DNA of 63,722 bases, the filler included, from Choristocarpus tenellus KU-1152 (lineage: Eukaryota; Protista; Phaeophyceae), in assembly GCA_964200185.2 (NCBI GenBank). It is 8 parts of 8 records of this genome, joined end to end, with 100 filler letters (N's around TTAATTAATTAA, not from the genome) between each part and the next. Parts side by side here need not be neighbours in the genome. Positions count along the whole stretch, not along the records: positions 34,861 to 41,989 come from CAXNAD020006645.1; positions 42,090 to 45,419 come from CAXNAD020020758.1; positions 45,520 to 59,243 come from CAXNAD020001393.1; 5 more parts are not named here. The stretch is one strand, 5' to 3'. The position numbers and the translations under genes are program-made. Every line of letters begins with the position of its first letter. Position 1 is the stretch's first letter. The notes beneath the pieces were generated by a model that did no database searches, was not told the origin of the DNA, and was given only the letters and a program-made list of their open reading frames with translations. Below are positions 39,601 through 52,700 of the stretch, piece after piece.

Positions 39601-41181
39601 TACTACACGTTTGTAGAGTATGAAGGGGAGTGATGCAGGTACCTATTTTGTGCTTTCTTTTCCTACAGTGCTGTTGTTGGCATTGACTACCTACTTAGCT
39701 AAAGGGGAGGATCGTTCCCTTGTGATTGTTTGCATCCTCTGCTTTGATGATGCTCTTGCTTGGGTTCGATGAGGGTTAGAAATGACAGGCAACCTCCGTT
39801 AGGCATTGGTCGTGAGAGTGGCCATGATTTTGGGGTGGTCAGGGGGTGTTGCAGGGTGAATGATATAGATATTTTGCCCAGTGATTTGTGCTTACGGATG
39901 CCATTGTTCCATTGGTGGGAATACTGCTTGTCATGTCATGTCCCCTAGCAATCTTGACATGTCCCTTGCATTATCTCTATGCAGGTAAGGCTTGTGATCG
40001 CTGCGATCCATGCCTGTAACCATACATCAATAGCACGCTGTATGTCTTGTATATAATATGCCCCTGGCAGAGTTTCAGTGGCAAGTGCTAGACTCAGCTA
40101 CGGCTTAGACTTGTAGCACATAGGGACAATACCCCTGTAATGCATAAACCTACCTCCGCCTCGTCATTTTTTTCAATGGCCTGGCCCTTGTTTGCTTGTG
40201 TGAACTGGAATGACGAGCCCTAGTATCAGGTACTCACAGGCGAGACTCCTGACCCCAACAACTATACTTGGTGTAGCATGTACACTTGGATGCTGCCATT
40301 GTGCAACAGTTGCCCCCACCACATTGCTATTCCACCCCCGATCCCCTCCATTTTCCGACTCGAGTGTCTTGACCTCAGCAATGCCTCTACGCTTTGACAG
40401 GAGCAGCACTTCCAGTCTATTTGGACCTCTTACAGAGCGGCACTTCCGACATTCCCAGCAGTTGAGTATCCCAGAGCTGGAGGGCCGTCTACGGAGTATA
40501 AGTGCAATTGGCACTCGGTACGTGTATGCTGTTTTTTTCCCTTAAATATTTTCACAATAACCTTTGCCCTACTCTGTGTGAATGGTACTGTTTCCCAAAC
40601 ATGGCTGTTCCATTCCAACTGGTGCATTCCCTCTTCAATTTCTGTTGAGCATACTGAGTGCCAAGCAATAATGCAGATAACATAGGCTGCAGTTGCTAGG
40701 TTTTGTTGCTTGTGGTAAGCTGTTTTTTGGGTGTGCATCAATCCAATCCCCACCTTCGGGTTGTTTGTTACTATTTATAGCTCTTACCTTCGTTATGTTC
40801 TCTTTAGCCTGGGGACTGTCCTACCCAGTGGTCAAACGCACTACAGCCTGCATTTCTGCTTCTCATGAAATATTCACTACCTGTTGCCTTACATCTGATC
40901 GCAGTTCCTTTGTTCATCCCTAGCTTCTTTGGATTTTGCACCCCAAACGGATGTGGCGCTACAGTCTTAAATGCTTTTGACTCAAAGATACTTTTCCTTC
41001 ACCCCCTTACCGGTGTTGATCTATCCACCATGCCTCTAGACCTGAATCGGAACAGTTGGAAGCCATTCGTAAGGCGAAGGAGCTTGTCGAAACTCACGAG
41101 GGTACGCAAGAGGACGTGATCCAAGGCCGGGGCATTGATTTGCCGTACGATACGGAGGTTTATTGGTGTCGCAAAATGTAA
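36625..41181 (+). CDS. Class I SAM-dependent methyltransferase (Methyltransf_11-like), essentially complete, 7 exons
   Basis: Exons 36625-36719, 37029-~37179, ~37523-37606, 38345-38519, 39243-39362, 40401-40517, 41040-41181. Motifs EGFGGNAQVYERTRPGYP, LVDLGCGTGKFT, VGVEPIEAMR, AAQSFHW..EIHRVLLPGGLLALIWN, LPYDTEVYWCRKM*. The exon 2/3 junction phase is unresolved and the start codon is tentative. Confidence 0.88.
37763..37939 (+). mobile_element. MITE family B (about 177 bp, G-run TIRs) in a methyltransferase intron
   Basis: GGCTCAAAGCATCTGGGG..CCCCCCCCCCATATACTTTGAATC; the interior matches the reverse complement of 42090-42193. Confidence 0.75.
38869..39126 (-). mobile_element. MITE family A, copy 4 (diverged, TIR tips swapped)
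   Basis: GAGTGAAAGTATTTAAGAGAGTA..TACCCTCTTAAATTCTTTGGCCC; TSD TGGA/TGCA; intronic. Confidence 0.82.
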
Positions 41182-41922
41182 TGGTGTTTGCCTTCATTCA
41201 TATAATGTGACTATTCTTACACAATAATGTAATGGTACGTACTTTGTGGTGGGTAGTTACTAAAGTGTGAAGTGTAATAAAAGCTCTTCCTTGCTTTTTG
41301 TAACAATCGTCGAGTTTGTAGATGAAGAAATGCAACACTATTTCTAAAGGTATCTTACGAGTGGAGGTGTTCGTTCATTCCTGCTGTGGTGGGATGTACC
41401 AAGATGTGGAACACGAGAGACTTGAGAAAGAAGAGACTCTACAGAGGCTTGACATGTTTCCGAGAAATATTTAATGCCTTGGATACGTGCACATGGCTAA
41501 GGTAACTGATGAGTGTATTTCCTCTTGCATGTGTACTCCCACCTTGCAGACAGAGGATGCTATACCAACAATTCTCATGTATGACATACTTCTTAGTTTC
41601 CTACGACCCACTGCCATACACCCAAGCGTAAGTCCACTGCTTATTCCTTGTTGTGCCTGTCGGCATGACCTGGTGATACAGGACATAGTGTTTCCATCTT
41701 TATCGGATGGTGTTGGGAAGTATGCTTGTCAACTTCTCACATACGATAATATCATACATTACTGTATAGACTCCATAAAACAGCTGAGTATCTTCCAAGT
41801 TGACGCAGTCCACAAAATTGCTATGGAGTACCTTGGCTGCACTTCAGAAGAGTTGCACACAATGGGTAAGATAAGGACTATTCACGTTCTCACTGAAGCA
41901 ATCACTTACAAGATGTACATTG

Positions 41923-41989
41923 AACAGCCTCTCACCAAAATTGAGGATGGAGCATACTATGGAGGATGGGTTTGACCCAAAATGGTGCG
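41923..41989 (+). repeat. Diverged copy of the AACAGCC..GAGGATGG..GACCCAAAAT repeat terminus
   Basis: GAACAGCCTCTCACCAAAATTGAGGATGGAGC..GAGGATGGGTTTGACCCAAAAT, running into a contig break. Confidence 0.65.
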
Positions 41990-42089
41990 NNNNNNNNNNN
42001 NNNNNNNNNNNNNNNNNNNNNNNNNNNNNNNNNTTAATTAATTAANNNNNNNNNNNNNNNNNNNNNNNNNNNNNNNNNNNNNNNNNNNN
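41990..42089. other. Artificial contig spacer
   Basis: N44-TTAATTAATTAA-N44. Confidence 0.97.
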
Positions 42090-42193
42090 CATTGTCCATC
42101 CGACGTATGCAACCAAATCACACAAAAATCACAACATGAAAAAATTGACTCCAAATGGACAGCCCCCCCCCCCCCCCCCAGATACTTTGGACC
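42090..42193 (-). mobile_element. MITE family B, partial copy at contig start
   Basis: Reverse complement GGTCCAAAGTATCT-poly(G)-CTGTCCATTTGG..TGGTTGCATAC matches 37763-37866. Confidence 0.78.
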
Positions 42194-42194
42194 A

Positions 42195-43085
42195 CTTCTC
42201 AATCGACCGCACAGCATCCGTGCACACTTGCAACCATCGCCCTCTATTTTGCATAAGTCTGCCAACCGACAAACTAACCCAAATCTCTAATTTATCGTTT
42301 TGTTCCCCATATTAAAGTCTGTCGTTTACGAAACAATTGTTACAGGAACAGGTAGCACATATACGATGTGCATGGTCCCCCTCACTCACAATAATCGGCC
42401 TCTTTTTGCCATTGGCGACAGACTCCTCCCTCCCGCCCCTTGCCAGCCCATACACTAAACACGCAATAGATATCGTCGACCTATTATGTCACATCCGTGC
42501 CTACCCTTCTCGTTGACGCCACGCACAACATGCTACTCGCACATACGTACTTCTTAATCGACTGCAGACTGTCCGTGCACACTTGCAATCATCACCCTCT
42601 ATTTTGAATTTATTTAAGTCTGCCAATCGGCAAACTCGCGCAAAACTCCAAGTTATTGTTTCTTTCCCGTATCAACGTCGGCCATGTACCCATTACTTGT
42701 TGCAGGAATAGGTAGCACATGTACTACATGCATGATCCCCCCCACTCACAATAATCGGCCCCTGATTGCCACTGGCGAATGACTACCCCCTCCTGCCCCT
42801 TGCTAACCCATACACTAAACACGCAATAGATATCGTTGATCCATTATGTCATATCCGTGCCTTCCCTTCACGTCAACCCCACACACGACATGATACTCGC
42901 ACATACGCACTTCTTAATCGACTGCATATCATCTGCGCACACCTACAATCATCTCGCCCTCTATTTTTCAGAAGTCCGCCAAGCGTCAAACCAACCCAAA
43001 ACTCTAAGTTATTGTTTTCCTCACATATTGACATCTGTCATTTACCAAACATTTGCTCCAGGAATAGGTGGCACATATCATCCCA
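42195..43085. repeat. Degenerate tandem repeat, about 357-bp period, about 2.5 copies
   Basis: CTTCT(C/T)AATCGAC..CACAC..CCCTCTATTTT recurs near 42195, 42550 and 42910; CCCATACACTAAACACGCAATAGATATCG occurs twice. Confidence 0.85.
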
Positions 43086-43544
43086 AAGAAAATGCCATCG
43101 ATTTGGTCGCAGGATCACACCTCAGTACCAACACTGACTCCAACACGTACCAACCCTCCCCGTATACGCACAATCACCACACCCCTTAGGATTGGACGGA
43201 TAGAGACGGCAGACCGCACAGTAACACGTCTACGAAACTTCTATACATCGACACCTTCCGAACTCAGGAGATGGTCCACCTTCCGGCTTACAAGATCGAC
43301 CGTGCAGGATGACACGACCCACGTGTCCCAAACCTCGGTGGCATAACGTCCATGCACAGGTTCTTCACTGGCCAGCTCACCCCAGAAGACTCCCGTACAT
43401 TGATATACACCGATCTGTCGTGCTACTGCACGAACTGTTCCATTGACAACCTGGCCCAATGCAGGTGGCAACTAACTCACGTGCCCCCGCTTAAGGAGAT
43501 AGACCTTCGGAGTTTCCTTGGAAACAGGAACGGGCGATATGTAT

Positions 43545-43792
43545 GAGTGAAAGTATCTTAGAGGGTGCGCGTTTTCCCCTGTTTGTCCATTTGGGACTTG
43601 GCTTCCCACAGGTTTTTAATGACATTTTACCTACTCCAAAATGTTTCGGAGTAGGTAAAATGTACTCGTTTTGAAAAGGTGTGCAAGGATATTGACATCT
43701 CCTAACATGATAGCCAAAATTACATCAAAATTGCAACATTGGATTTTGGTCTCCAAGTGGACGTAGCTCTACCCTCTAAGATACTTTGGCTT
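43545..43792 (+). mobile_element. MITE family A, copy 5
   Basis: GAGTGAAAGTATCTTAGAGGGT..ACCCTCTAAGATACTTTGGCTT; no matching TSD. Confidence 0.88.
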
Positions 43793-43828
43793 TCTGAGGA
43801 GTCAGCTGTCGAGGAAGAAGAGATAACT

Positions 43829-44084
43829 GAGCCAAAGTATCTTAGAGGGTAGGGCCGCGTCCATTTGGGGCCAAAATTCAATCTTGCGATTTTGATGTAT
43901 TTTGGCTATCGTGTTTGTTAGGAAATGTCGATATCCTTGTTTTGGACACACCTTTGCATAACATATACATTTTACCTACTCTGAACACTTCGGAGTAGGA
44001 AAATGTCATAATAAATTCCATAGGAAGCCAAGCCCCAAATGGACAAACAGGACAAAACTCGTACCCTCTAAGATACTTTCACTC
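43829..44084 (-). mobile_element. MITE family A, copy 6
   Basis: GAGCCAAAGTATCTTAGAGGGTA..TACCCTCTAAGATACTTTCACTC; TSD AACT. Confidence 0.92.
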
Positions 44085-45419
44085 AACTCGCTGAGGGGAA
44101 CATATGCATTGTGCGGATGCAGCCATCGGATTACAATGGTATAGAGTTCTTGCCGTTCACTGTCCACCGCAAGGACACGATTCAATGGAACGCCAGGCAC
44201 CACTCCAGCTACGGAGGGATGTTCAGTGCTGGAGATGAGGTGGCCTTTTTCACTGAAGGCTTCGAGGTGCTGAGTGCTAGCTTTGTTGGTGGAGTGCCAA
44301 CTATTTGCATGTCACGGACGGACAAGGTGAGAAACGCTTCTTATTGTTACTAAGAGAACAATGTTGCTCACCACGAATGAATCCACGCTGTCTATATACA
44401 GATATTGCATATGTATCCCCTGATATCCCCTCATATACAAATAGAATCCTCCCATAACGTCCAACCTTGATATCCAAACCGGTGTCATTTTTTTCTCCTT
44501 CTCTACAACTGCAATCGTCAACGTTTCACATACTATTTTGCAAGTTCCACAGGGCAACTAAGCGTATCCCATTCCTTCATTTCGTTGTCTAGAGTGTATC
44601 CTCTGTCCTACATAAAACTCTCCATACCTCAAAACCAAAACAAACAACACCCCTATACAACCAAACAAGGCCATCACGTGCAAACACATGCCAATAGTCC
44701 CACACACCAACACAGCCCTTTCAACGAACATCTTTGTGGTGATGCAGGGCGCACAACTGGGTCCCCGCGTCGTGCCCCTTCAGGCTATCATCGTCCCGGA
44801 CTTCATAGACATCCACCACAACCACCTGGACAACACATCCACGATCCTGCCTGGTCAATACCAGAGGTTCACCTCAGAATCCAACCGGCAATCCCTGGGA
44901 TACCTGCTCGCTTCTCGAGGCAACTCAGACTTGGGGACACATCCGATGTCAGGTTCGGCTGAGGAACTAGCTTCATCCTATGCACGAGTAGGGGGTCCAT
45001 TGTACAGGGGAAGGTCAGTGATGTTCACATGGACGGTTCAGGGGCGTACATTTACTCAGTGTCCTACCTTCTGGACGATGGTGAAAAATCTTTGCTCCCT
45101 CGTCTGAGGTCATACATGACAGAGGGCGAGATCGAGGCGGGTATCGACCAACTTTGGTAGAAGAACAAGTCAGACAGTGTCGAGGCTGCAGCCCAGCGTG
45201 TCAGACAATGCCGCCGGTCGATGGTTGGTCGCCAGCGGAAGCGTAGGGATATGGAGAAGGATACGGAGAAATATATACTCCTTGAACCGACACTGAGGGC
45301 TGTGCCGGATTTAGATGAGGGAGAAACACTCAATGCCGGTGCCAAGGGCAGGGGACTATACTTCAGATGGGACGATCAGTGGATGCGAGGGACCGTGACC
45401 AAATACCAACCCCACTACA

Positions 45420-45519
45420 NNNNNNNNNNNNNNNNNNNNNNNNNNNNNNNNNNNNNNNNNNNNTTAATTAATTAANNNNNNNNNNNNNNNNNNNNNNNNN
45501 NNNNNNNNNNNNNNNNNNN
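45420..45519. other. Artificial contig spacer
   Basis: N44-TTAATTAATTAA-N44. Confidence 0.97.
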
Positions 45520-46510
45520 CCCCCCCCCCCCCCCCCTTCCCCCTCCCTTTCTATTCCTGCATCACAGATATTTGAAGATAATAATGGTTCTACTTGCAGA
45601 TTATTTTAAAAAAAACAATTGAGGTGACTGTTGTACTGTCCAATTTAAAGCACCACAGTAGCACCACAAGGCCAGCTAACTGTCCAATCAGCAAGTCACC
45701 CATGGGGGATATATAGTTTAATATATTTCCTTATATATATATATTAAACTATATATATATATATAATTTTGGGTAGTTAATGTACTCGTGCGTCTAGAAC
45801 ACATGAGCAAAAAAACAAAAAAACAGCCATTTTCCACCCACACCAGCTAAATATAATCCCTGTGTGATTCATAGAAATTAAGGTAATTCCACTCCACTTG
45901 GCACTAACATAAAAACAATAAAACATTCAGGCAATAGGATAATAGTGTAACTGTTCTTATATAATCATAAAATACAAAAGAAAGTTCTGTGGGTCTCCTA
46001 TTTCACCCCTGCCACACATCCATCTCAACGTTTTTTTAAAGAGCAAACTCTGGACACACCATAACCCTAACACCTGCAATCCCCCCCCCCAAAAAAAACA
46101 AAACAGATCCCACTATATATCAATGTTAATGTTCATTTAATACCAATTCAATATGCACTCTAGTAACATTATATATAGCATGCAGTATATACTCTTCTGC
46201 ATGAATGCTATATGTAATTGTAACAGTAACAATCATATCGATATCACTAAGAATAACAACAATAGTAAGAAAAATTACAATAATAATAATAATTTTCTGG
46301 GTATCAAGTATTTTTTTTTAAACAGGAGAAAAAGGCATCCATGACTCTCAAAAGACCACTCTACACACGCAGTCCTTCCCTTCAAAAGACCACTCTCACA
46401 CTTCATACCTCAAAACACATCATCATCTACAGACAAAACCTCTCATCCACAACTATCAAAATAAGAATAATAAAACTCCAACAACAACACAGTAACCCAC
46501 TAGACATTAC

Positions 46511-46667
46511 CTTGAACTCACGAAACGCCTCCACCGGAACAAATGCCTCACCAATGGGATGGTCTTTATTCCTAGTGTACCCTCGGTCCATGACCATCAC
46601 CTGTACAACAACAAAAAAATCACATCACATCACATCACATCACATCACATCAGAAGAACATAAAAAA

Positions 46668-46700
<33 letters not shown>

Positions 46701-49700
46701 CACACACAAAGTTAAAAACATACACACATAAAGTTAGTTAACAACATACAACATAAAGTTAACAACATACAACACAAATTTAGTTAACAACATACACACA
46801 TAAAGTTAACAACACAGAGTATAAATAATACAAAAAAGGGTTGGACGTATGGCGCCATTCTAACACTACTGTGTATGGTTGTGAGGTTCAGTAGGTACTA
46901 TTATTATTATTATAGGTATTATTATTATTATTATAGGTATTATCACAGTCAGGAAGAATAAAATAGCAAATCTTGTGGGTTTTCACAAAACCTCCATGGC
47001 AATAGTGTACAACTCAACAGCAATTGTACCATCATACCATCATACCATCATACAATATTGTGTCTTGTACCATCATATGTACTCCCACATCAACACGCAT
47101 GCACTTTACAGAGCCAACCATCCCCTCAAAAGCTTTGACAATTTTAATTGGGCTACAGGTGATTTTAATTGATGGTACAAGGGAAGGTGGGGGGGGGAGG
47201 GGTCTTGTTATATATTACATATACTCAGGTTAAATAATATTAAATAGTATGATTTGTTCTGAATGCTTATGTAGTATACAGAATGTATCTATCATATATT
47301 AAGTATAAAATAATGTATAAATATAATTACATGTCTCACTACAGTTACAATGACCCATTCAGTGCTTCACACCTATCAACAGAAAAACACCCCTCTAGTA
47401 GTAATACTAACAATTATCAAATATCAATCATCAAATATCAATCATCAAATATCAATTATCAAATATCAATTATCAAATATCAACTATCAAATATCAATTA
47501 CCATGGGGAACGAACAGGATCAACAATGTCCACAACAGGAGTACACAGGGACTACCTGGTAGGTCACCCTGCACTTTAGTAACAACAATAATAATAATAA
47601 TAATAATAACAATAATAGTAACAATACTATCAATAATAGCAATAAGAAGAGGAATAGAAAGAACAACAATAATAATAATAATATTAATAACAATAATAGT
47701 AACAATACTATCAATAATAGCAATAAGAAGAGGAATAGAAAGAACAACAATAATAATAATAATAATAATAATAACAATAATAGTAACAATACTATCAATA
47801 ATAGCAATAAGAAGAGGAATAGAAAGAACAACAATAATAATAATAATAATAATAATAGTACACATACAACTACCCCAAAAATTCACCAGTACCCACTACA
47901 GTCCAGCTACAAGTCAGAAATACTCTAGATCACTAGAGCTACTACATACAATAGCACAACAATACTCACACCAATAATATGTTTTCTGTACATGATCTTT
48001 CCATCCCCTTCCATTCTATACCAAACCCTAACCATAATAATGACAGAGCCAAAGTAACACAAGCAACCGATCGGAGGGTATCACTGAGTTTTGAAATTTT
48101 TGAAAGGAACCCTCAAAATTTCCGGTGATACATGTTTTGCTAGCAATCAGTCAACAGAGGTGATGAGTGCAGTTTTATTTTTTGTGGATACATTATCAAT
48201 GATATATGGATACATTATCAATGATATATGGATACATTATCAATGATACATGGATACATCATCAATGACCTTTTTCAAGTATCTTGATATTTGTTTTTAA
48301 AGCATGAAATTGAAGAGAACCATTCAAACTAAAAATAGTCAAGTCACACCCACCCCTGTTGGCTACTACTACTATGACTAACTCAAATCAATGCAAAATG
48401 TACATTTTAATATTCATAATCATAATAATACTGATACTGATACTGATACTGATAGACATACACATAACGATATGCAAAATAACAAAAAAACAGCGAAATG
48501 ATACAACTCTTTCATTTTTACGGATTTTGCATAGAAAATGAACATAAGTAAAAAAGAATACAAAAGAATAAAAAAGAATAAAAAAGAATAAGAACATCAA
48601 CACTCTACCTCACAGTGCCTCACACTAACACACTCACACAGAAAAAAATAATAAATAATTAAAATAAGAACAACAATAATCCCTTTTATAAAATGAGATA
48701 AGCAAAAAAAAACAATTAACAGCATCTCACACTCGCACACAATAACAAAAATAATAAAATTGAAAACATCCCTGTTCACCCTCTCTTTCAAATCACCTCT
48801 CAAAAGAAAAAACAAGAACTGCACCATTCTCTAAGTACTTTTTTTACTTCCTAAAAAAATAAATTCAGATCCTTTCCATTCTAAAATCTAAAAAATAAAA
48901 ATATAAATCACCTGCACCCCCTTGACGTCAGCTGGAGTGCAGTGATGGCAGAAGTCAAATGACTCTTCCCAACTAGGAGATAGAGTTGACTTCTTAGAGG
49001 ATGACACACAACGCTCCTGTCCCACCTGTCAGCACCAAACAGATAAAACCAACAAAAAAAATATATATATATATATAAATAAATAAATGTATATATATAT
49101 ACCGTATCAAACCAGTCAAAAGGTTACATACGTTTATCAACTTCAACATGACCACTTTAAAATTTAATTTTTTTAAGAACACAAAAAAATTTATCAGGGT
49201 TCGATTCTCTTCACTAACTTGTCGCCTCTCTCTCGCTGCTAACCCTAACCCTAACACCAAAAAGAGGTTGAATAAATTTTGTATACCCTGAGTATTTTTT
49301 CCTTTTTTTTCTCCTTTCATTAAAAAAAATATATATATATATATATATAGAGCATTCAAGGAACGTTCTCAAAGCACTCGGTGCATGCTAATTTTTGTTT
49401 TTTTGCTTATCAGTGTTTGAACAGTTCTAGATAGAACACTTAACAAAAGGTATGTTTCTTAAACCCTTCCTCCAATTCATACAATCTACAATAATTAACA
49501 TCAATAAATAGAATTTTAAAAAATCATTGAAGTTCTACATTGGGGCTCACATTAATACCACAGACTGTCAACTGCTGCCAACCAGATATTGAGGTGTAGA
49601 CAAGTTAAGTTACATTGGTATGAGGGATGCATCATACCATCAAAACAAAAAATTGCCAACAGTCATACTGTATATCTCAACAGCCATACTGTACATCTCA

Positions 49701-52700
49701 ACAGTCATACTGTACATCTCAACAGTCATACTGTACATCTCAACAGTCATACTGTATATCTCAACAGCCATACTGTATATCTCAACAGCCATACTGTACA
49801 TCTCAACAGTCATACTGTATATCTCAACAGTCATACTGTATATCTCAACAGCCATACTGTACATCTCAACAGTCATACTGTACATCTCACCAAACTGCAT
49901 CCCCTCTCTATATAAATCCCTTCAGCATATGAAAGTTACAAAGGCAAGGAGAACACACCCATGACCTACCCAAATGTAACTGCCATTCATTATAGTACAC
50001 AGGCAGACCTCATCCTACATAGAAACAAGTACACAATATAACACCAATAACAATAATAATAATAACAGCAATTGTAGTAATAACAATAATAATATTAACA
50101 GTAATTGTAGTAATAACAATAATAATATTAACAGCAATTGTAGTAATAACAATAATAATATTAACAGCAATTGTAGTAATAACAAGAATAATATTAACAG
50201 CAATTGTAGTAACAGCAAGAATAATACTAACAGCAATTGTAGTAATAACAATAATAATAATAATAACAATGTAATGTTTCTCTTGCCTGACTTCCATCAT
50301 GTCTGACTGGCACCATCACACAGTATGGTTCTAACCCTTTGGATGACGACCTAGATGATCGCCAAGACTTGAGGGCACTTGCCCTGTGTAGAACCATGCG
50401 ATAACGGCAGACGCCTCCTGAAAGACCCTACAGCACAGTGCAGTAGAAAATATGGACATATAAAATACAAAAAAAAAGATACAAAAAAATATGGGTAAAA
50501 GGAAAAGAAGGGAATGAAGAGTTAAACAAAATTATGAAAGAGTGAAAAAAATAAAAATAACATACAAGGGCACAAAGAAACAGCAATAAATAGAATTCAA
50601 AAGATACATATTTCCATACATTCACACAAGCATGGAAAAAATTGAGAAATAACTAAAAACCTCAAAAACCAAAATGGAACATAGACATATGCAGGCAGGT
50701 TTGCCAGACAAGTACAAGTCGAAACCTGTGGAATAGCAAAGACAACACAGGTAATAAATAATTAATTCAAAAAATAATTCAAAAATAAATAAATAAAAAC
50801 AAGCGTGGTAAAGGTGCTACATATTTTTTTTCAAACTCTACACATTTTTTAAACACTTGAAAATAATAATAATATTTGCATTACGAAGTACACATACTTT
50901 GTATCACATCTAAGAAAAAAAATAAATATATATATATATATATATATATTTCAGAATGGTTCCAACAGACACACCTCCAAGAGCAGCTCTTCCAGAGCAC
51001 ATTGTCAAACCTTACTAAAATTAAGTATCAACTCTTATCTATATCTAAACGCATGCATCCTCCCTACTATCAACGCCTTATCTTCTCATTGAAAACCTCA
51101 ACAGGCAGCTCACACAAAGTCAGCCCACCCAAGCCACATGGCAAGTGATAGAAAGGACTTAGACCTCCACCATAATCACTCTTGTATCTTACAGGTACAA
51201 GTCTACATACATGCTAAGTGATGCTATATGCATGCAGATTGTTGGGGTCATTCCTCTCTACACAATCCAGACATAGAAATATACAAACATCTCTTGAACA
51301 AAAACAGCTTCATGCACATTCCTCAATTCATATGTCCACCGAGTACCTAGTTTCAAATAATAGTCCTAGCCCTAACCCTAATACCAAACAATAACAAGAA
51401 AAGCGTAAAAATACTACTACATTATCAAGCAACTACAAGCACGTCAACGCACGTTCAAGGTGACACAATCAACAATCATAAACATTTGCTTACAACTTCA
51501 AACTATTTAAGCAAACTATTTAAATTAACTATTTGAACAAACTATTTAAAAACATCATTACACAACAACAAAAAAGTTAAACAAAATGACAAACCCTTCC
51601 ACGAACACTCAATCAAGAGGAAATTCCACACCATGTAACCATTTTTGTCATTCTTCCCCACACCTCACACCTCACACCTCAAACCACACACACACAGGCA
51701 TCTATCTTCCACTTCTCCCTGGGTGTCAACCAATCATATTCTTAACTTTCCAAGTCAACCAATCAACCAATCATACACTTAACGTTCCAGTAATAAAAAA
51801 AAACATACCAACTATACATTCTCTTTAGAGCAAGTGTCATCTCCTAGTCCAAAGTATCAAACCAAGTGCAACTATAGCAAAGGTAGCTCAGAAAGCTCAC
51901 AAGTGTTTCAGTGTAATCTGCGCCACTCTTGAGTGCCGAGAATGGGATAAACGCCTCCCCAAGATGAGAGTCCTGCAGTGCCACCCGGTAGGCCATGCAC
52001 GTTAGACGCGCTCCTCCCCCAGGGGAAGACACCTCGGCGGCAGAGACAGCAAACCTTTCAAGACAACCAAGAAGCAGATCATGGTCATGGTCATGGAACA
52101 GATTGGTAGGGACATGGATCCATTGTTTTGTAGCAGTAGAGTTCAAGCTTTGTGTTTGAATGACTCATTTCACATTATAAATATGAAAAGCATTGTATAT
52201 TTATAAAAGATGGAGACAATTTCGTGTTTGAATGACTCATTTCACATATAAATATGAAAAGCATTGTATATTTATAAAAGATGGAGACAATTTCGTGTTT
52301 GAACGACTCATTTTACACAAAAAACATGTAAAACATTGTGTGTGTATATATAGAGAGATTTTGTTTCTTATCAAGGGTAGTCCTATTACAGCGTTAAAAT
52401 GTTACATATACATACTATCTACATAAAAATGGATGTGTATATTCAACAGTAACATACAGGGAGTCGTTTCAACAAGACTCACAAACCCTGTATAGTGATA
52501 GTGTCCATAGGAGTGGGGGGGAGGGGGGATGGAAACATCCAAAAGGTTTCAGGTGGTTTATTCTTGTGATATTTTTAAGTATGTTGATTTGATGGGAGGA
52601 GATTTGTGAAGTCAGCTGATTTGCCAAGTGTTTTTGTTGTGAACCATAACCACACACCACAAATCCTTACTATCTTTGGAAGCACTCCACTTAGTACTAC

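Larger units (their letters stand above)
43190..45419 (+). pseudogene. Decayed, probably spliced DNA-transposon ORF C-terminus (putative Sola2-like), interrupted by two MITEs
   Basis: LGGITSMHRF..LSCYCTNC..C at 43332-43465; acidic linker; EGNICIV..; probable intron 44327-~44747; ends GRGLYFRWDDQWMRGTVTKY (Tudor-like). Several stops and frameshifts. Confidence 0.45.

Noticed and set aside
49589-49964. Heptad-repeat ORFs on both strands, or a CRISPR-like array
   Set aside because: A 21-bp head-to-tail minisatellite inside an intron, with no unique spacers and no cas genes.
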